DNA of 64,000 bases from an uncultured Gammaproteobacteria bacterium (GCA_964648205.1 CAZYNT010000002.1:11371-75370), one strand, 5' to 3'. Positions 30,893 to 41,626 are shown, numbered from the stretch's first letter. The notes: generated from the letters alone by a model not told the origin. Translations and numbers: made by a program.

Positions 30893-32152
30893 TTATTTAG
30901 GCATTATCTTGCTGAATAGGCCTTTAGTTTTTTCAAATATTCCTCCCAAACTTTTTGTAAATCTGCTGCCGGTGACGCTTTCTCCTTCAGTGTGGCTTCC
31001 CCAGATAACCAGACCGAGTGCGCTTAAAAATTCCGGATTCTTTACTTTATCAATCACGACATTAATGTTTTTAGCTTGGCCGATGGCCGCCGGAAGCCTT
31101 AATTTCTTTTTAGCAGACTCAATCAAGCCGTCAAGACTGGCGCCTCCGCCGACAAATATCACTCCGGCCGGAAGCATCCCTGAGCGGTCGATTCTTCTGA
31201 ACTCATTATCAACTTTATCAAAGATCTCCTCAACGCGGGCATTTATAATCTCTGATACATATTTACGCGAAATAAGGCTGATATCGTCATTGACCTCTTC
31301 CTCTTTGACTAATTCGGTCACATCAACCTCCTCTGATTTGTCCAGAGAATCGGGCATGGCGCTGCCATATTCGCATTTTATTCTTTCTGCTAGATTAATC
31401 GGGCAGCGCAAACCGATGGCGATATCGGAAGTAATGTGTTCGGCGCCGATGGGCAGAATCGCCGTATGAATTAAGTTTCTCTCTTCGTAAATCGCCAAAG
31501 AAGTCGTTGATGATCCTAGGTTTACCAAAGCGACTCCCAATTCTTTTTGTTTAGAGCTCAAAACCGCTTCAGAGGCTGCCAGGGGACCCAAAACTAAATC
31601 TTCTATTTCTAAACCCGTCCGATATATTGCCTTGGTCAAATTCTTTATTTGTGTGCTCAGTCCCTGGATAATTAAAGTTTCTACTTCCAAGCGGATGCCG
31701 TTCATGCCGATCGGATCTTTAATATCGCCCTGGTTGTCAACTCCAAATTTAATCGGGATAACATGGAGAATTTCGTAATTTACCGGGACGGCTAAAGCCC
31801 GGGCCGCTTCAATTGCCCGATTTACATCATTCTCGCCGATTTCTCCATCGCTTCGGCCGACGGCCACCACGCCCTTAGAGCGTTCGCATTTTATATGCGG
31901 ATCATTGATACCGACCCAAACGCGGCTTATGGGCACGCCGACCAGTCTCTCCGCTTTTTCCAAACAAGCGGAAATCGAAGAAGTTGTTTCTTCGATACTG
32001 TTGACGATGCCGCGGCTGACTCCGGCTGTAGGCACAGAAACGGCACCGATAATTTGAAGCTCTTCTCCGGTTAATCCGGGAATTTTTTGGCCAATCACTA
32101 ACCGAATAGAGGTCGAACCAATATCCAAGCCAGCGATAATATTATCCTTCAT
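30893..32152 (-). CDS. ftsA: cell division protein FtsA
   Basis: Actin-like ATPase motifs AGLDIGSTSIR and VFVGGGASLDG. The gene is adjacent to ftsZ. Confidence 0.9.
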   Translation of the reverse strand: MKDNIIAGLDIGSTSIRLVIGQKIPGLTGEELQIIGAVSVPTAGVSRGIVNSIEETTSSISACLEKAERLVGVPISRVWVGINDPHIKCERSKGVVAVGRSDGEIGENDVNRAIEAARALAVPVNYEILHVIPIKFGVDNQGDIKDPIGMNGIRLEVETLIIQGLSTQIKNLTKAIYRTGLEIEDLVLGPLAASEAVLSSKQKELGVALVNLGSSTTSLAIYEERNLIHTAILPIGAEHITSDIAIGLRCPINLAERIKCEYGSAMPDSLDKSEEVDVTELVKEEEVNDDISLISRKYVSEIINARVEEIFDKVDNEFRRIDRSGMLPAGVIFVGGGASLDGLIESAKKKLRLPAAIGQAKNINVVIDKVKNPEFLSALGLVIWGSHTEGESVTGSRFTKSLGGIFEKTKGLFSKIMPK

Positions 32153-32249
32153 AATTAGGATGAATTAAATAAAAATAAAACAATTTAGAAATTAGTAATT
32201 GCTGTTAATATTATACAAAATTTCTAAAAATTTAACAATTGCTCCGCTT

Positions 32250-33017
32250 CTAATAAAAAAGCCTAAAATACCAGTTTATGATTCTCTCCCCCCAAATTAA
32301 GGTAATAATAGCCCCGAATGCTAAAAAAGGGCCGAGCGCAATCTTAGTTTTGCCGCTTTTCTTCTTAAAGGCAATAAGCGCCAGACCGACCAAAGAGCCG
32401 AGGCCGTAAGATAGAACCAATATCAAAAGCAATTGATCCAGACCGGGAAAACTTAAACCGAGCATCAAACCGAGCCAAATATCGCCCTCACCCAGCCCCC
32501 TCTTTTTCGTTATGATATACTGGAGCCAAAAAAAAGCAGCCGCAGACGCCCCGGAAAAAATAAGCGTGGCCAAAGAAAATCCCAAAAAGAGATTGAAGAT
32601 GAAAAAAATAAAGCACATCGGCCAAACAAGCGTCATGGGGATTAGTTGCCAGCGCAAGTCATAGACAAAAATTATTATCAAAGTAATAGCCAGCAGCCAG
32701 TCGCGCATTAAAAATAAAGAAAATTGCGGCCATTGGCTGTCCTTCAGAAATATTAATAAAAATAAAAAAGCAGTGGCAATTTCTACCAGCGGATATTGCC
32801 AAGAAATTTTCTGGCGGCAATGGCGGCACTTTCCCTTGAGTATTATAAAGCTCAAAACCGGGATATTGTCGTACCAATCAATCTGCTTTCGGCATTTCGG
32901 GCAATATGAGCGGCCGCCCATGGTTTCATTCTTATATAAACGCCAAATCAAGCAATTTAAAAAACTGCCGATTATAAGGCCGATAACGACTACAAAGATT
33001 GCAAAAACGGTATTCAT
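32250..33017 (-). CDS. pilD: prepilin peptidase (A24 family)
   Basis: An N-terminal CPKC...CRHC zinc motif, a polytopic membrane topology and the Asp-containing motifs GEGDIWL and ALGPFLAFGA. Confidence 0.8.
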   Translation of the reverse strand: MNTVFAIFVVVIGLIIGSFLNCLIWRLYKNETMGGRSYCPKCRKQIDWYDNIPVLSFIILKGKCRHCRQKISWQYPLVEIATAFLFLLIFLKDSQWPQFSLFLMRDWLLAITLIIIFVYDLRWQLIPMTLVWPMCFIFFIFNLFLGFSLATLIFSGASAAAFFWLQYIITKKRGLGEGDIWLGLMLGLSFPGLDQLLLILVLSYGLGSLVGLALIAFKKKSGKTKIALGPFLAFGAIITLIWGERIINWYFRLFY

Positions 33018-33038
33018 AAAATTTTATTTTTTAAAAAG

Positions 33039-33980
33039 TTATTTAATCTCATAAGTAGACCACAAAATTTTACGATAATAATCTATTAGCTTATTGGGGA
33101 AAAACGGCAGCAGATTCCTTTTTAGAGACCTGATAAAAACCCTGGCGTATTTGATAATAAAATTAGAAAAATTCTTGTCCGGAAAACTGAAGTCTGCCCA
33201 AGGAGTTTTTTGTAAATACTGCCAATAATACTTTCGACTTTTACCATAAAAAATATATTGCCATGGCTTCGCTTTATCGGAATAATGCAATATAACAGTA
33301 TTCTTTTCTGGTTCCGAGCTTGGCTTCCTGCGCTTTAAATCAACGTTAAATTCTCCACCTAACGGCAGCCAGTCGTTTTTAAGCAAACAATTCAAAATAT
33401 CCTGGTCGGCCCGAACAATCTTTTTTTTGTTTAATTGGGCAAATTCCAAAGATTTTTTAGTTATTTCTTTTCGACGCCATTTTTCAAGATTTATTAACAA
33501 AACTCCAGCGTTAAAATAGTCTCGCACCTCCCTATCAAAATATATTCTCAATATTTCTTTGGACATCACGTCTCTAATCGCTCCGGCACTAAAATCTTTT
33601 AAGTCTATATTGTATAACGTCGATATATCTTTAAGCGCCACTAAGTCAACATCTAAATATAAAACTTTCTTAACATTAAGTGGCAATAATTCAGGGATGA
33701 ATATTCTAGAATAGGTTACCTTGGACAAATGATTAGCCTCTGGATAATTATTAAGTAAATTCGCTGAAATCTTATAAAAAAACAAGTCAACTTTATAGAT
33801 AGAGCCTATCTTCTTTATCTTTTCTAGATTAATATTCCCGATGTTATTATCTAAAATAAAAAATTCTATCTTTTGGCTATTCTTATAATTTTCTAAAATA
33901 GAAGTCATGGCCACGCCTAAGTGTTGGGCGTAATTATCATCGGCGGCGAAAACTATCCTTATGGTATCTTTATTTTCCAT
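33039..33980 (-). CDS. family-8 glycosyltransferase
   Basis: IVFAADDNYAQHLGVAMTSIL plus the DxD motif in LYLDVDLV, as in LgtC/RfaJ-type GT8 enzymes. Confidence 0.7.
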   Translation of the reverse strand: MENKDTIRIVFAADDNYAQHLGVAMTSILENYKNSQKIEFFILDNNIGNINLEKIKKIGSIYKVDLFFYKISANLLNNYPEANHLSKVTYSRIFIPELLPLNVKKVLYLDVDLVALKDISTLYNIDLKDFSAGAIRDVMSKEILRIYFDREVRDYFNAGVLLINLEKWRRKEITKKSLEFAQLNKKKIVRADQDILNCLLKNDWLPLGGEFNVDLKRRKPSSEPEKNTVILHYSDKAKPWQYIFYGKSRKYYWQYLQKTPWADFSFPDKNFSNFIIKYARVFIRSLKRNLLPFFPNKLIDYYRKILWSTYEIK

Positions 33981-33984
33981 ATGA

Positions 33985-36276
33985 TTAGTAACCCGATTTT
34001 AAATCAAGCGTCTCCGTCGGGGCTAGTTTCAGCGCTTGGTTAAAATAATCAACAGAAGCTTGCTTGTCGCCCATTTCTTTATAAAGAGCGGAAATGGATA
34101 AAAGCCAATTAAAATCCGCCGGGTTGCGCTTGGCGCCCCGCTTGTTATATTCTAAAGCTTTTTCAAAATTGCCGCGGCGATAATAGGTGTCCGCGATTTT
34201 TTTGAACAGGGTAAAATCACGGACGTCGGCGATATAGGCTAATTGATAATTATTTTCGGCCTCCGGATAGTTTCCGAGATGAAAAAAAATGTCGCCGAGT
34301 TCGGTAAAAATAATTTTTCTATATAAATTTACAACTTTTAGGTGGAGATCATTTAGGCGGCTGTCCTTTAAGTCGGGCAAATTGCCGGCGGCTATTTGGT
34401 AGCTGATAACCGCCTCGGAAAACCGCCCCTCTCTAACCAAAGAACGCCCAAATTCAATATAAGTTTTTGGCCAATACGGCGTTAGATTAAAAATTTCCCG
34501 AAAATATTTTTCCGCTTGTTCATAGTGGCCGAGAGCGGAATTAATTTTCGCCTTAACATATATATTTTCATAACCGGAGGCCGGAATTTTTTTATTCAGG
34601 TCTTCGAGCCGAATTTGAGAAATCTTTTTTACAGACAATTCTTTTAAACTGGGATAAAAATCGCTTAATGTCTCCCCCAAAAACCGCCGATAATACTCCT
34701 GATTAACCGGATTGGCTTTTTCTTGGGCGACATATTCGGCCAGCACAAAAGCGGTTGTATGTTGTCCCTGGCCCAGGGCATAATAAAGCTCGTTAAAATA
34801 ATAGTCGGCCATTAAATTCCTAAATTCAAAACTTATTCCCCAGCTGGCGCCAATAATAACTACTAGGATTGCCAGCCCCTCAGCGATTCGGCTGAAAACT
34901 AAATTTAATTTTATCTTGGCGGCCGATAAGGGCAGTTCTTTCCCGTTAAAATTAATGACCACCAAAAGAGCAAAAAACAACCAAAAGTAAATTTCACCGG
35001 CGACCATGGTAAAGCTAAATAGAAGGGAAAAAAGATAAGCGGCGGCGGCGAAGGAAAGAGCCAGAGAGAGGCTGGCCATCTTATGCTGCTCGATATTTTC
35101 TTTAACTAAACAAAAATAATAATAATAAAAAATTACAAAAAGAACCAAGCCCGCCAAACCACTCGCTAAAACAATATCGAGCATTAAATTATGAGCCTTA
35201 TCGGTCGTCGCGCCCACATCGCCATAAATTCCCCAATCCGGCTCATAATATTTAATGAAGGCTTCGCCGCTATTTTCCAGGCCATAGCCAAAAAATGGTT
35301 TTTTAGCAATCGCGTCGGCGGCGGCTTGATAAAAATTAACCCGGGCGGTGATGCTGCCGCCACGCAAATTAAGAAGACTAGTGAGGCGGCCGGGAAAAAA
35401 ATAATTTGAACTCCAGAAGCTTAAGGCAAACACGAACAACAAGCTGAAGCTAACGCCGAATTTATAAACCGGCCTTAAGCGAGAAAAAAACAACAAATAA
35501 CAAATAAATAACAGGGTAGACAGCCCCAGAGCGACCAGACCGCCGCGGCTCCCGGTAAAGAAAAGGCAGGCTAATTGGACTAAAAGAATGAGAGAATAAA
35601 GGAATCTGGAAAAAAACTTTTTATTTTCATAAGCCAGATAGGCGCTTAACGGGATAACTAATAGCAGCCAGGAGGCTAAAAAATTCGGCTGGCCGAAAGT
35701 AGATATAGTCCTTTTCGTTAGAAGAGGATTCTCGGGCCAGCTCAAAAAATCAATTCCTAAAATTTGTAAAATGCCATAAATAGATACTATAAGGCCGGAA
35801 AAAGTGACCGTTATTATTATGCGCTTAATTTTATTCTCTTTTTTATCTTCTTGGCCGCTGCGAAAAATACGGTTATCTATCGTCCAAATATTAAAAGCCA
35901 GCAAGATAAACCAGAGAAAATAAAATAAAAAACTTAAATAGCCGGCTTGGCGTTCATAAGAACCAAAAAAAGACTGAGTTAGATTGATTGAGGGCAAAAG
36001 CGTCAAGCCGAGTCCGGCCACAAAAATAAAAGGAAAAAGAATATACTTTTTCAACCAGCCAATAGAGCTTTTAATGAAAATTAATTTAACTAGAGTCAAA
36101 AATAACAATAACCAGACAAAAATTTTAAAAATAGACAGCTTGCTCAATTCAAAAACGTTATAAGTCGGAAAAATAACGGAAAAATAGAGAGGGATAATAA
36201 AAATTGCCGCCAAGTAAACAACCTCTATCAGCAGGTCGATTATTTCTCTAAATTGGAGCTTAGAGGAATCTTTCAT
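33985..36276 (-). CDS. O-antigen ligase/polymerase-like (Wzy_C) polytopic protein with C-terminal TPR repeats
   Basis: 763 aa with more than 10 TM helices. FTGSRGGLVALGL is the Wzy_C loop motif. TPR-like repeats occupy the last ~250 aa. Confidence 0.65.
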   Translation of the reverse strand: MKDSSKLQFREIIDLLIEVVYLAAIFIIPLYFSVIFPTYNVFELSKLSIFKIFVWLLLFLTLVKLIFIKSSIGWLKKYILFPFIFVAGLGLTLLPSINLTQSFFGSYERQAGYLSFLFYFLWFILLAFNIWTIDNRIFRSGQEDKKENKIKRIIITVTFSGLIVSIYGILQILGIDFLSWPENPLLTKRTISTFGQPNFLASWLLLVIPLSAYLAYENKKFFSRFLYSLILLVQLACLFFTGSRGGLVALGLSTLLFICYLLFFSRLRPVYKFGVSFSLLFVFALSFWSSNYFFPGRLTSLLNLRGGSITARVNFYQAAADAIAKKPFFGYGLENSGEAFIKYYEPDWGIYGDVGATTDKAHNLMLDIVLASGLAGLVLFVIFYYYYFCLVKENIEQHKMASLSLALSFAAAAYLFSLLFSFTMVAGEIYFWLFFALLVVINFNGKELPLSAAKIKLNLVFSRIAEGLAILVVIIGASWGISFEFRNLMADYYFNELYYALGQGQHTTAFVLAEYVAQEKANPVNQEYYRRFLGETLSDFYPSLKELSVKKISQIRLEDLNKKIPASGYENIYVKAKINSALGHYEQAEKYFREIFNLTPYWPKTYIEFGRSLVREGRFSEAVISYQIAAGNLPDLKDSRLNDLHLKVVNLYRKIIFTELGDIFFHLGNYPEAENNYQLAYIADVRDFTLFKKIADTYYRRGNFEKALEYNKRGAKRNPADFNWLLSISALYKEMGDKQASVDYFNQALKLAPTETLDLKSGY

Positions 36277-36300
36277 GTCTTTATTATAGCAAATATAAAA

Positions 36301-36322
36301 AGGGCTGAAAACAGCCCTTTTT
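36301..36322. terminator. terminator downstream of secF (bidirectional form)
   Basis: AAAAA-GGGCTG-aaaa-CAGCCC-TTTTT. Confidence 0.6.
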
Positions 36323-36345
36323 AATAATTTTTGCCTTATACTAGA

Positions 36346-37254
36346 CTATTTTTTACCGCGCTTTATCTTCTCCCAAACAACCAAAACCGGGCTGGCGATA
36401 AATATAGAGCTATAGGTGCCGATGAATATACCGATAGCCAGGGCCAAAGCGAAATCTTTTATTGTGCTGCCGCCGAAGAATAAAATAGCGAGCAAAGCGA
36501 GGATGGCCGAAAAGGAAGTATTAATGGAACGGGTTAAAGTCTGATTAATGCTGCGGTTAACCGTATTTTCAAAATCATCTTGGCTCTTCGGCAAATTCTC
36601 GCGAATACGATCGAAAACAATAATCGTATCGCTGACGCTATAGCCGAGAACCGTCAAAATGGCAGCGATAAATGGAGTATTAACTTCGATGCCATAAAAA
36701 TGGCCTAGAACCGAGAAGACTCCGAGAATGAATAAAATGTCATGGATAAGCGCGATAATGGCGGCGACTCCGTATTTCCAAGAAGCGACCGGCTTAGAAA
36801 CTTTGCTAAAAGCCCAGGAAATATAAATAATAATCATGACAAAAGCAATGGCCGTCGCATTAAAAGATTTGCTCTTTAATTCCTGGCCGACAGAAGCGCC
36901 GACGGAATCGAATTGCAATTCTTTAAAGCTGGCCTCGGGCTTATTTTTAACCAATTCCTGCAACTTCTGGACTACCGCCTGATGAACGTTATCGGTATTT
37001 TCTTGAAAACGCAAAATGGTTGAATTTTCCGTCGGTTGGATAATCAAGCTATGGAGATTTACATCTTTCAAGCTATCGGAAATTTCCGTCATGGTAGGCT
37101 GGTAATTTTTGAACTCGACTTCCATCAAGCTTCCGCCAGTAAAATCAATGCCGAAATTCAAGCCCCAGAAAAAAAGCGCTAAAATCGAAGCGACTACCGC
37201 CAAGCTTGATATCGATAAGAAAATTTTTCTTTTTTGAATTATCTTATAAGTCAT
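36346..37254 (-). CDS. secF: protein translocase subunit SecF
   Basis: 302 aa. It has the GIDFTGGS motif and six-TM SecF topology, and lies downstream of secD. Confidence 0.9.
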   Translation of the reverse strand: MTYKIIQKRKIFLSISSLAVVASILALFFWGLNFGIDFTGGSLMEVEFKNYQPTMTEISDSLKDVNLHSLIIQPTENSTILRFQENTDNVHQAVVQKLQELVKNKPEASFKELQFDSVGASVGQELKSKSFNATAIAFVMIIIYISWAFSKVSKPVASWKYGVAAIIALIHDILFILGVFSVLGHFYGIEVNTPFIAAILTVLGYSVSDTIIVFDRIRENLPKSQDDFENTVNRSINQTLTRSINTSFSAILALLAILFFGGSTIKDFALALAIGIFIGTYSSIFIASPVLVVWEKIKRGKK

Positions 37255-37262
37255 ATAATTAA

Positions 37263-38807
37263 TTATTTATTTTCGCTGATTTTCGATTTTCTAACTCCCA
37301 GAAGCCAGGTTCTCTTCTCAAGCCAATCGCCCAGAATCAAGACAAACAACGTATGAGTAATAACGATAGCGCTAAACAAAGAAACGGCGATACCGATGAA
37401 CAATGTGGTTCCGAAGCCTTTTACCGAAGAGGTGCCGAAGAACATTAAAATCAGACAGGTAATGAGCGTGGAAACGTTGCCGTCGCGGATTGACGGCCAA
37501 GCTCGCTTAAAGCCGCTGTCGACCGCCTGACTGACGGATTTACCTAATTTCAATTCTTCGCGCGTTCGAGCAAAAATTAAAATATTAGCATCAACCGCGA
37601 TCCCGATTGAAAGAATAAATCCGGCCACTCCAGATAGGGTTAAAGTAACCGCTTGCTGCGCATAGAAGAATAAGAGAACGCCGATAACCGCAAACAAGAC
37701 GGCGAGCGTGCCGTTAAATATCTTAAGTTCGCTGAAGGTATAGAAGATAAGGCCGATCATAACTATAACCATGATAAGCGCCAGCCAAATGGGCAAGGCC
37801 TTGAAGATGGCGAGAACGGTCAAACCGTAAACTAAAAGGGACAAAACGGACAAGACGCCGGGCAGGCGATAGTAAAGAATCATGAAAATAGAAACGAGTA
37901 ATAACCCGATCAAGCCCGCCTTCATGCTGTTATCAATCGATTTAGATCCGAGGCTGGCCTCAACTGTCGTTTGGGAAATAAGAGTAACCGGAACAGGCAG
38001 AGCTCCGGAATTTAAGCGCTTGACGAGAAGTTTAGCCTCATCAACATTAAAGCGCCCCGAAATGCTGGCCGAACCGCCGGTAATTTTTTCATTAACCGTC
38101 GGTACGCTGATCGGATAACCATCAAGAAAAATGGCCACCGGCTTGCCGATGTTGCGCCCTGTTATATCTTCAAACATTTTTGCGCCTTCGGTGTTAAACT
38201 CCAGAGAAACTTCCGGAGAACCGTCATTGGGGTTGAATTGCAAAGTCGCCCGCTTCAAATATTTACCGGTGAGCTCTGTATTTTTCCAGCTCTGAGTGAG
38301 TTCCATGGTTGAAGAGGCAGCTGCCGGTTTAGCGGTTAAGTCTTGTTCCTTAAATTCAAGAATCGGAGTTTCGCCAATCAATTTGATCGCTTCGTTAACA
38401 TCTTTAATACCAGCTAATTCAGCAATAATGCGATATTCCCCGCCCATCCCTTTATTTACTTGGACCAGCGGTTCACTGACGCCGAAAGCATTAACCCGGC
38501 GTTCAATAACATCACGGGCGGCCTCAAGGGCTCCAGCTCTATCCTTTTCAGGAATATTTGTAACATCGGCCTGATAAACAAGGTGACTTCCGCCTTGAAG
38601 ATCAAGACCAAGGCTGAAAGGCAATTCCTTAACCAAAGGAAGAATAACAACTTGGTTGGTTTTCTTTGCTAAATTTTTAGCTAATCCATTGTAGAAACCA
38701 CCGCCCACGGCTAACCCGACGGTGATAGCAAAAACAATAATAAGAGCTAAAATCCACCAAGCTTTCGACCGAGCTGATAATTTCGAGAATTTTTGCGTTA
38801 ATGACAT
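37263..38807 (-). CDS. secD: protein translocase subunit SecD
   Basis: LGLDLQGGSHLVY, a periplasmic domain and a C-terminal six-TM bundle. The start is taken at the ATG at 38807 (MSLTQKF...); the track ORF begins at a TTG at 38837. Confidence 0.9.
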   Translation of the reverse strand: MSLTQKFSKLSARSKAWWILALIIVFAITVGLAVGGGFYNGLAKNLAKKTNQVVILPLVKELPFSLGLDLQGGSHLVYQADVTNIPEKDRAGALEAARDVIERRVNAFGVSEPLVQVNKGMGGEYRIIAELAGIKDVNEAIKLIGETPILEFKEQDLTAKPAAASSTMELTQSWKNTELTGKYLKRATLQFNPNDGSPEVSLEFNTEGAKMFEDITGRNIGKPVAIFLDGYPISVPTVNEKITGGSASISGRFNVDEAKLLVKRLNSGALPVPVTLISQTTVEASLGSKSIDNSMKAGLIGLLLVSIFMILYYRLPGVLSVLSLLVYGLTVLAIFKALPIWLALIMVIVMIGLIFYTFSELKIFNGTLAVLFAVIGVLLFFYAQQAVTLTLSGVAGFILSIGIAVDANILIFARTREELKLGKSVSQAVDSGFKRAWPSIRDGNVSTLITCLILMFFGTSSVKGFGTTLFIGIAVSLFSAIVITHTLFVLILGDWLEKRTWLLGVRKSKISENK

Positions 38808-38908
38808 AATATTATGAAAAAAATGCAATCGGCTCAAACAGCCGGTTTTATTTTATATTAGCTATAGACCCTAAAATATTAGAATAGTTAAAAATAAAAA
38901 TCAAGTTA

Positions 38909-38928
38909 CGGCCTTTACAAAAAGGCCG
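38909..38928. promoter_or_regulatory. perfect 8-bp palindrome just upstream of the clpP -10 box
   Basis: CGGCCTTT-acaa-AAAGGCCG, followed by TATAAT at 38937-38942. It could be an operator or a hairpin. Confidence 0.25.
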
Positions 38929-38976
38929 ATTTTATTTATAATAGACATAATAAATAACTAAAAATTATCTAAAAAT

Positions 38977-39555
38977 ATGCCATTAATACCCACAGTCATA
39001 GAGAAAGAAGGCCAAATAGAGAGGGCTTATGATATTTATTCCCGGCTTTTAAAGGATAGAATTATCTTTTTAGGCGAGCCAATTGACGATCATACGGCAA
39101 ATATTGTAATTGCCCAGTTTCTTTTCTTAGACGCGGAAAATAGCGACAAGGACATTAAATTTTATATAAATTCACCGGGGGGATCCGTTTCGGCCGGTTT
39201 AGCCATATATGATACTATGCAATACATAAAAGCGCCTGTTTCCACGATATGTATAGGTATGGCCGCCTCCATGGCCTCGGTTCTCTTGGCGGCCGGAGAG
39301 CCCGGAAAACGCTTTGCCTTGCCTAACAGCGAAATTATGATTCACCAAGTTATGGGCGGAGCCGAAGGACAGGCATCTGATGTCAAAATACGGGCGGAAC
39401 ATATTCTAAAAATAAAAGATAAGATGAATAAAATTCTCGCGCTTCATACCGGACAAAAAGTCGCGACAGTCGAAAAGGACAGCGACCGCGATTATTATAT
39501 GAGCGCCGAAGAAGCTAAAGAATACGGAATAGTCGACAAAATTATCAAAAAATAA
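38977..39555 (+). CDS. clpP: ATP-dependent Clp protease proteolytic subunit
   Basis: The catalytic Ser context [11 protein letters not shown], the His context IMIHQ and the overall ClpP pattern are present. Confidence 0.95.
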   Translation: MPLIPTVIEKEGQIERAYDIYSRLLKDRIIFLGEPIDDHTANIVIAQFLFLDAENSDKDIKFYINSPGGSVSAGLAIYDTMQYIKAPVSTICIGMAASMASVLLAAGEPGKRFALPNSEIMIHQVMGGAEGQASDVKIRAEHILKIKDKMNKILALHTGQKVATVEKDSDRDYYMSAEEAKEYGIVDKIIKK

Positions 39556-39583
39556 AATCTACCATTAAAGACGGGCACTAAAA

Positions 39584-39608
39584 ACGAGGCACAAACCTCG
39601 TTTTTTTT
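39584..39608. terminator. bidirectional terminator after clpP
   Basis: ACGAGG-cacaaa-CCTCGT followed by eight T, with an A-run upstream. Confidence 0.65.
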
Positions 39609-39648
39609 ATCTCTTCCTTTTTTATTTCTTCCCTCTTTCAGCTGAAAG

Positions 39649-40686
39649 CTATTTTATAACTAACGAATTAATCATCAATTTAAAGATATTGGGGTAAACC
39701 AAGCGTTCATTGACTGCTGGTAAATACGAAATCACATAAATATTCTTATGTTTCTTATCGGTCAAATAAAAGTTTAGGCCATCGTCTCCGATGATTCCGT
39801 CCCAATCGTCAACGGTTTTTAATTTATCATAAGTAACTAAAATATCGGGAAAGGCGTTGCCGTACCAACCTAAGATACTCTGGCGATCCGTATTGTCTTG
39901 GACGGAAATCTGGACAATCGAATCATCGGGCGCAGTAAAAACAATCGTTGAATCATCATTTAAAGATTTTGGCGCCCAATTTTTTGGATAAATGATTTCA
40001 TAGCCGATTGTCTTGTTAACATATACGGTAAGATTAACATTTCCGCTGATTTTTCCTTGGCCGGCCGGATCATAACTATTATTTATTTCAGTTAAGTCCG
40101 AGTAAGTATTATTATTGGAGTCTACCAGCTGGGCATTAGTTCCTAAAACCGCCTCTTCTTCATCATTTAAGCCGTCGGCATCCGAATCAAGAAGGGGCGG
40201 CAAATCAGTATTTTGCTTGCCGCTTAATTCTTCATTCATGACCAAGGAAGAACTGGCCGTCGTCGTAGCGAGCTCGCTGGTCGTAGCTATGGCGACTTCG
40301 CTCGTCGTGGCGATAATTATCGGCTCCGAAGTCGTCGCCTGTATTTCTTTGATTGTGTCGACAATGCTTTTAGCCGATTCTGATTCAACCAAAACAACCG
40401 GCGTCTTATCAGCTTGAGGCTTAATAATGTAAATATAGCTTAAATAGACCAGGCCGCCTATTAAAAGAAGTCCACCGCCGATAATAACCAAGCCGACCAT
40501 CTTAAAATTATGCTTGGGTCGATTAAAGCTCGATAAAGTATCGCTCATCATTTGATTATCGAAAAAGGCGGGAGCGAGACTGCCCGCTCGATTTAAGTTG
40601 GGCATGTTGCGCACAATCAAATCTTGGTTTACTTTAGTTATCAGCTCTTGATCATTGTTTATTTTTTTGTTTTTATGTCCAAACAT
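39649..40686 (-). CDS. single-pass surface protein with a Thr/Ser-rich linker and a thrombospondin-type-3-like acidic repeat
   Basis: 345 aa. TM helix VGLVIIGGGLLLIGGLVYLSYIYII, linker ATTSEVAIATTSELATTTASSS and acidic repeat DSDADGLNDEEE. Last gene of the surface operon. Confidence 0.5.
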   Translation of the reverse strand: MFGHKNKKINNDQELITKVNQDLIVRNMPNLNRAGSLAPAFFDNQMMSDTLSSFNRPKHNFKMVGLVIIGGGLLLIGGLVYLSYIYIIKPQADKTPVVLVESESAKSIVDTIKEIQATTSEPIIIATTSEVAIATTSELATTTASSSLVMNEELSGKQNTDLPPLLDSDADGLNDEEEAVLGTNAQLVDSNNNTYSDLTEINNSYDPAGQGKISGNVNLTVYVNKTIGYEIIYPKNWAPKSLNDDSTIVFTAPDDSIVQISVQDNTDRQSILGWYGNAFPDILVTYDKLKTVDDWDGIIGDDGLNFYLTDKKHKNIYVISYLPAVNERLVYPNIFKLMINSLVIK

Positions 40687-40689
40687 AAA

Positions 40690-40890
40690 TTACTGGGTAA
40701 AAGCGTAGAGGAGGTATGAAGTCAAAACAAAAATACCGAAAATTAAAAAACCCAAAACCAGCCACCTCTTCCAGTGGCCGGTAACCGTCTGCGGCATGGT
40801 GTGCAAATTAAGGGAAAGTTTCTCTTTTTTATTAGCGCCCCCTAAAATGCTTGGCCGCGCCTTGGGTTTGGAATTAAAATTATCTAACAC
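40690..40890 (-). CDS. 66-aa single-TM protein
   Basis: TM helix WLVLGFLIFGIFVLTSYLLYAF, with 3- and 13-nt intergenic gaps to its neighbours. Confidence 0.4.
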   Translation of the reverse strand: MLDNFNSKPKARPSILGGANKKEKLSLNLHTMPQTVTGHWKRWLVLGFLIFGIFVLTSYLLYAFTQ

Positions 40891-40903
40891 ATCATGTAAC
40901 TAA

Positions 40904-41626
40904 TTATTTTTTAGGTTGATTATCAGTTAATTTTCCCGGACCGTTAGGATCATAGCCACTCTTAATTTCTGCTCCGTCTAGATAGCTGTCACCATCAGAA
41001 TCGGTATTCAGGGGATTAGTATGATAAATTTTTATTTCTTCATAATCGCTTAGACCGTCATTATCCGTATCGATGACATTAAGATTTGTTCCAGCTACCT
41101 TCTCTTCGGCGTCCGTCAAACTATCGCCGTCTGAGTCGGCTGTAGAATCAGCTTGAGCCTCAATTATCGGCGTGCTGGTTGCTTCGACAAGTGGAGGAAT
41201 TTCAACCGGATTGACCGTCGTTGCGGTCTGGGTAACCACGGGAGGAATAACAACCGACGGAGTGACTGTCGACGGCGTAACTGTCGACGGCGTAACTGTC
41301 GACGGAGAAGACACAAACCCGGTCGGCATTGTTGTTACAGCCGGCGATGTTTCTTTTGCTTTAAAAAATTGAGAATATGCAAAATAAGCGCCGCCTAAAA
41401 CAACCAGGGCGACTACGATAATAATACCTATTTTAAAAACTTTTTTCTTGCCGCCGCTTTGCTCGCCTTCCGTGGTCGTAAGTGTTCCGCCCGTAGCGGC
41501 CAGTCCGACCCGATGCATTTCAATATCGGATTGTGCCGCGGCCGCGGCCGGCTTATCGGTTTCGGCAAAAATATCATCGACGGCGGGATGACTAGGATTA
41601 TTAGGATTAGTGATGTCATTAAACAT
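40904..41626 (-). CDS. single-pass surface protein with (PSTVT)n linker and three thrombospondin-type-3-like Ca-binding repeats
   Basis: 240 aa. TM helix IGIIIVVALVVLGGAYFAY, linker STVTPSTVTPSTVTPS, and repeats DSDGDSLTDAEE, DTDNDGLSDYEE and DSDGDSYLDGAE. Confidence 0.55.
   Translation of the reverse strand: MFNDITNPNNPSHPAVDDIFAETDKPAAAAAQSDIEMHRVGLAATGGTLTTTEGEQSGGKKKVFKIGIIIVVALVVLGGAYFAYSQFFKAKETSPAVTTMPTGFVSSPSTVTPSTVTPSTVTPSVVIPPVVTQTATTVNPVEIPPLVEATSTPIIEAQADSTADSDGDSLTDAEEKVAGTNLNVIDTDNDGLSDYEEIKIYHTNPLNTDSDGDSYLDGAEIKSGYDPNGPGKLTDNQPKK
41255..41307. repeat. 3.5 tandem copies of a 15-bp unit inside the 240-aa gene
   Basis: cgacggagtgactgt / cgacggcgtaactgt / cgacggcgtaactgt / cgacggag; this encodes the PSTVT repeat. 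Confidence 0.8.
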
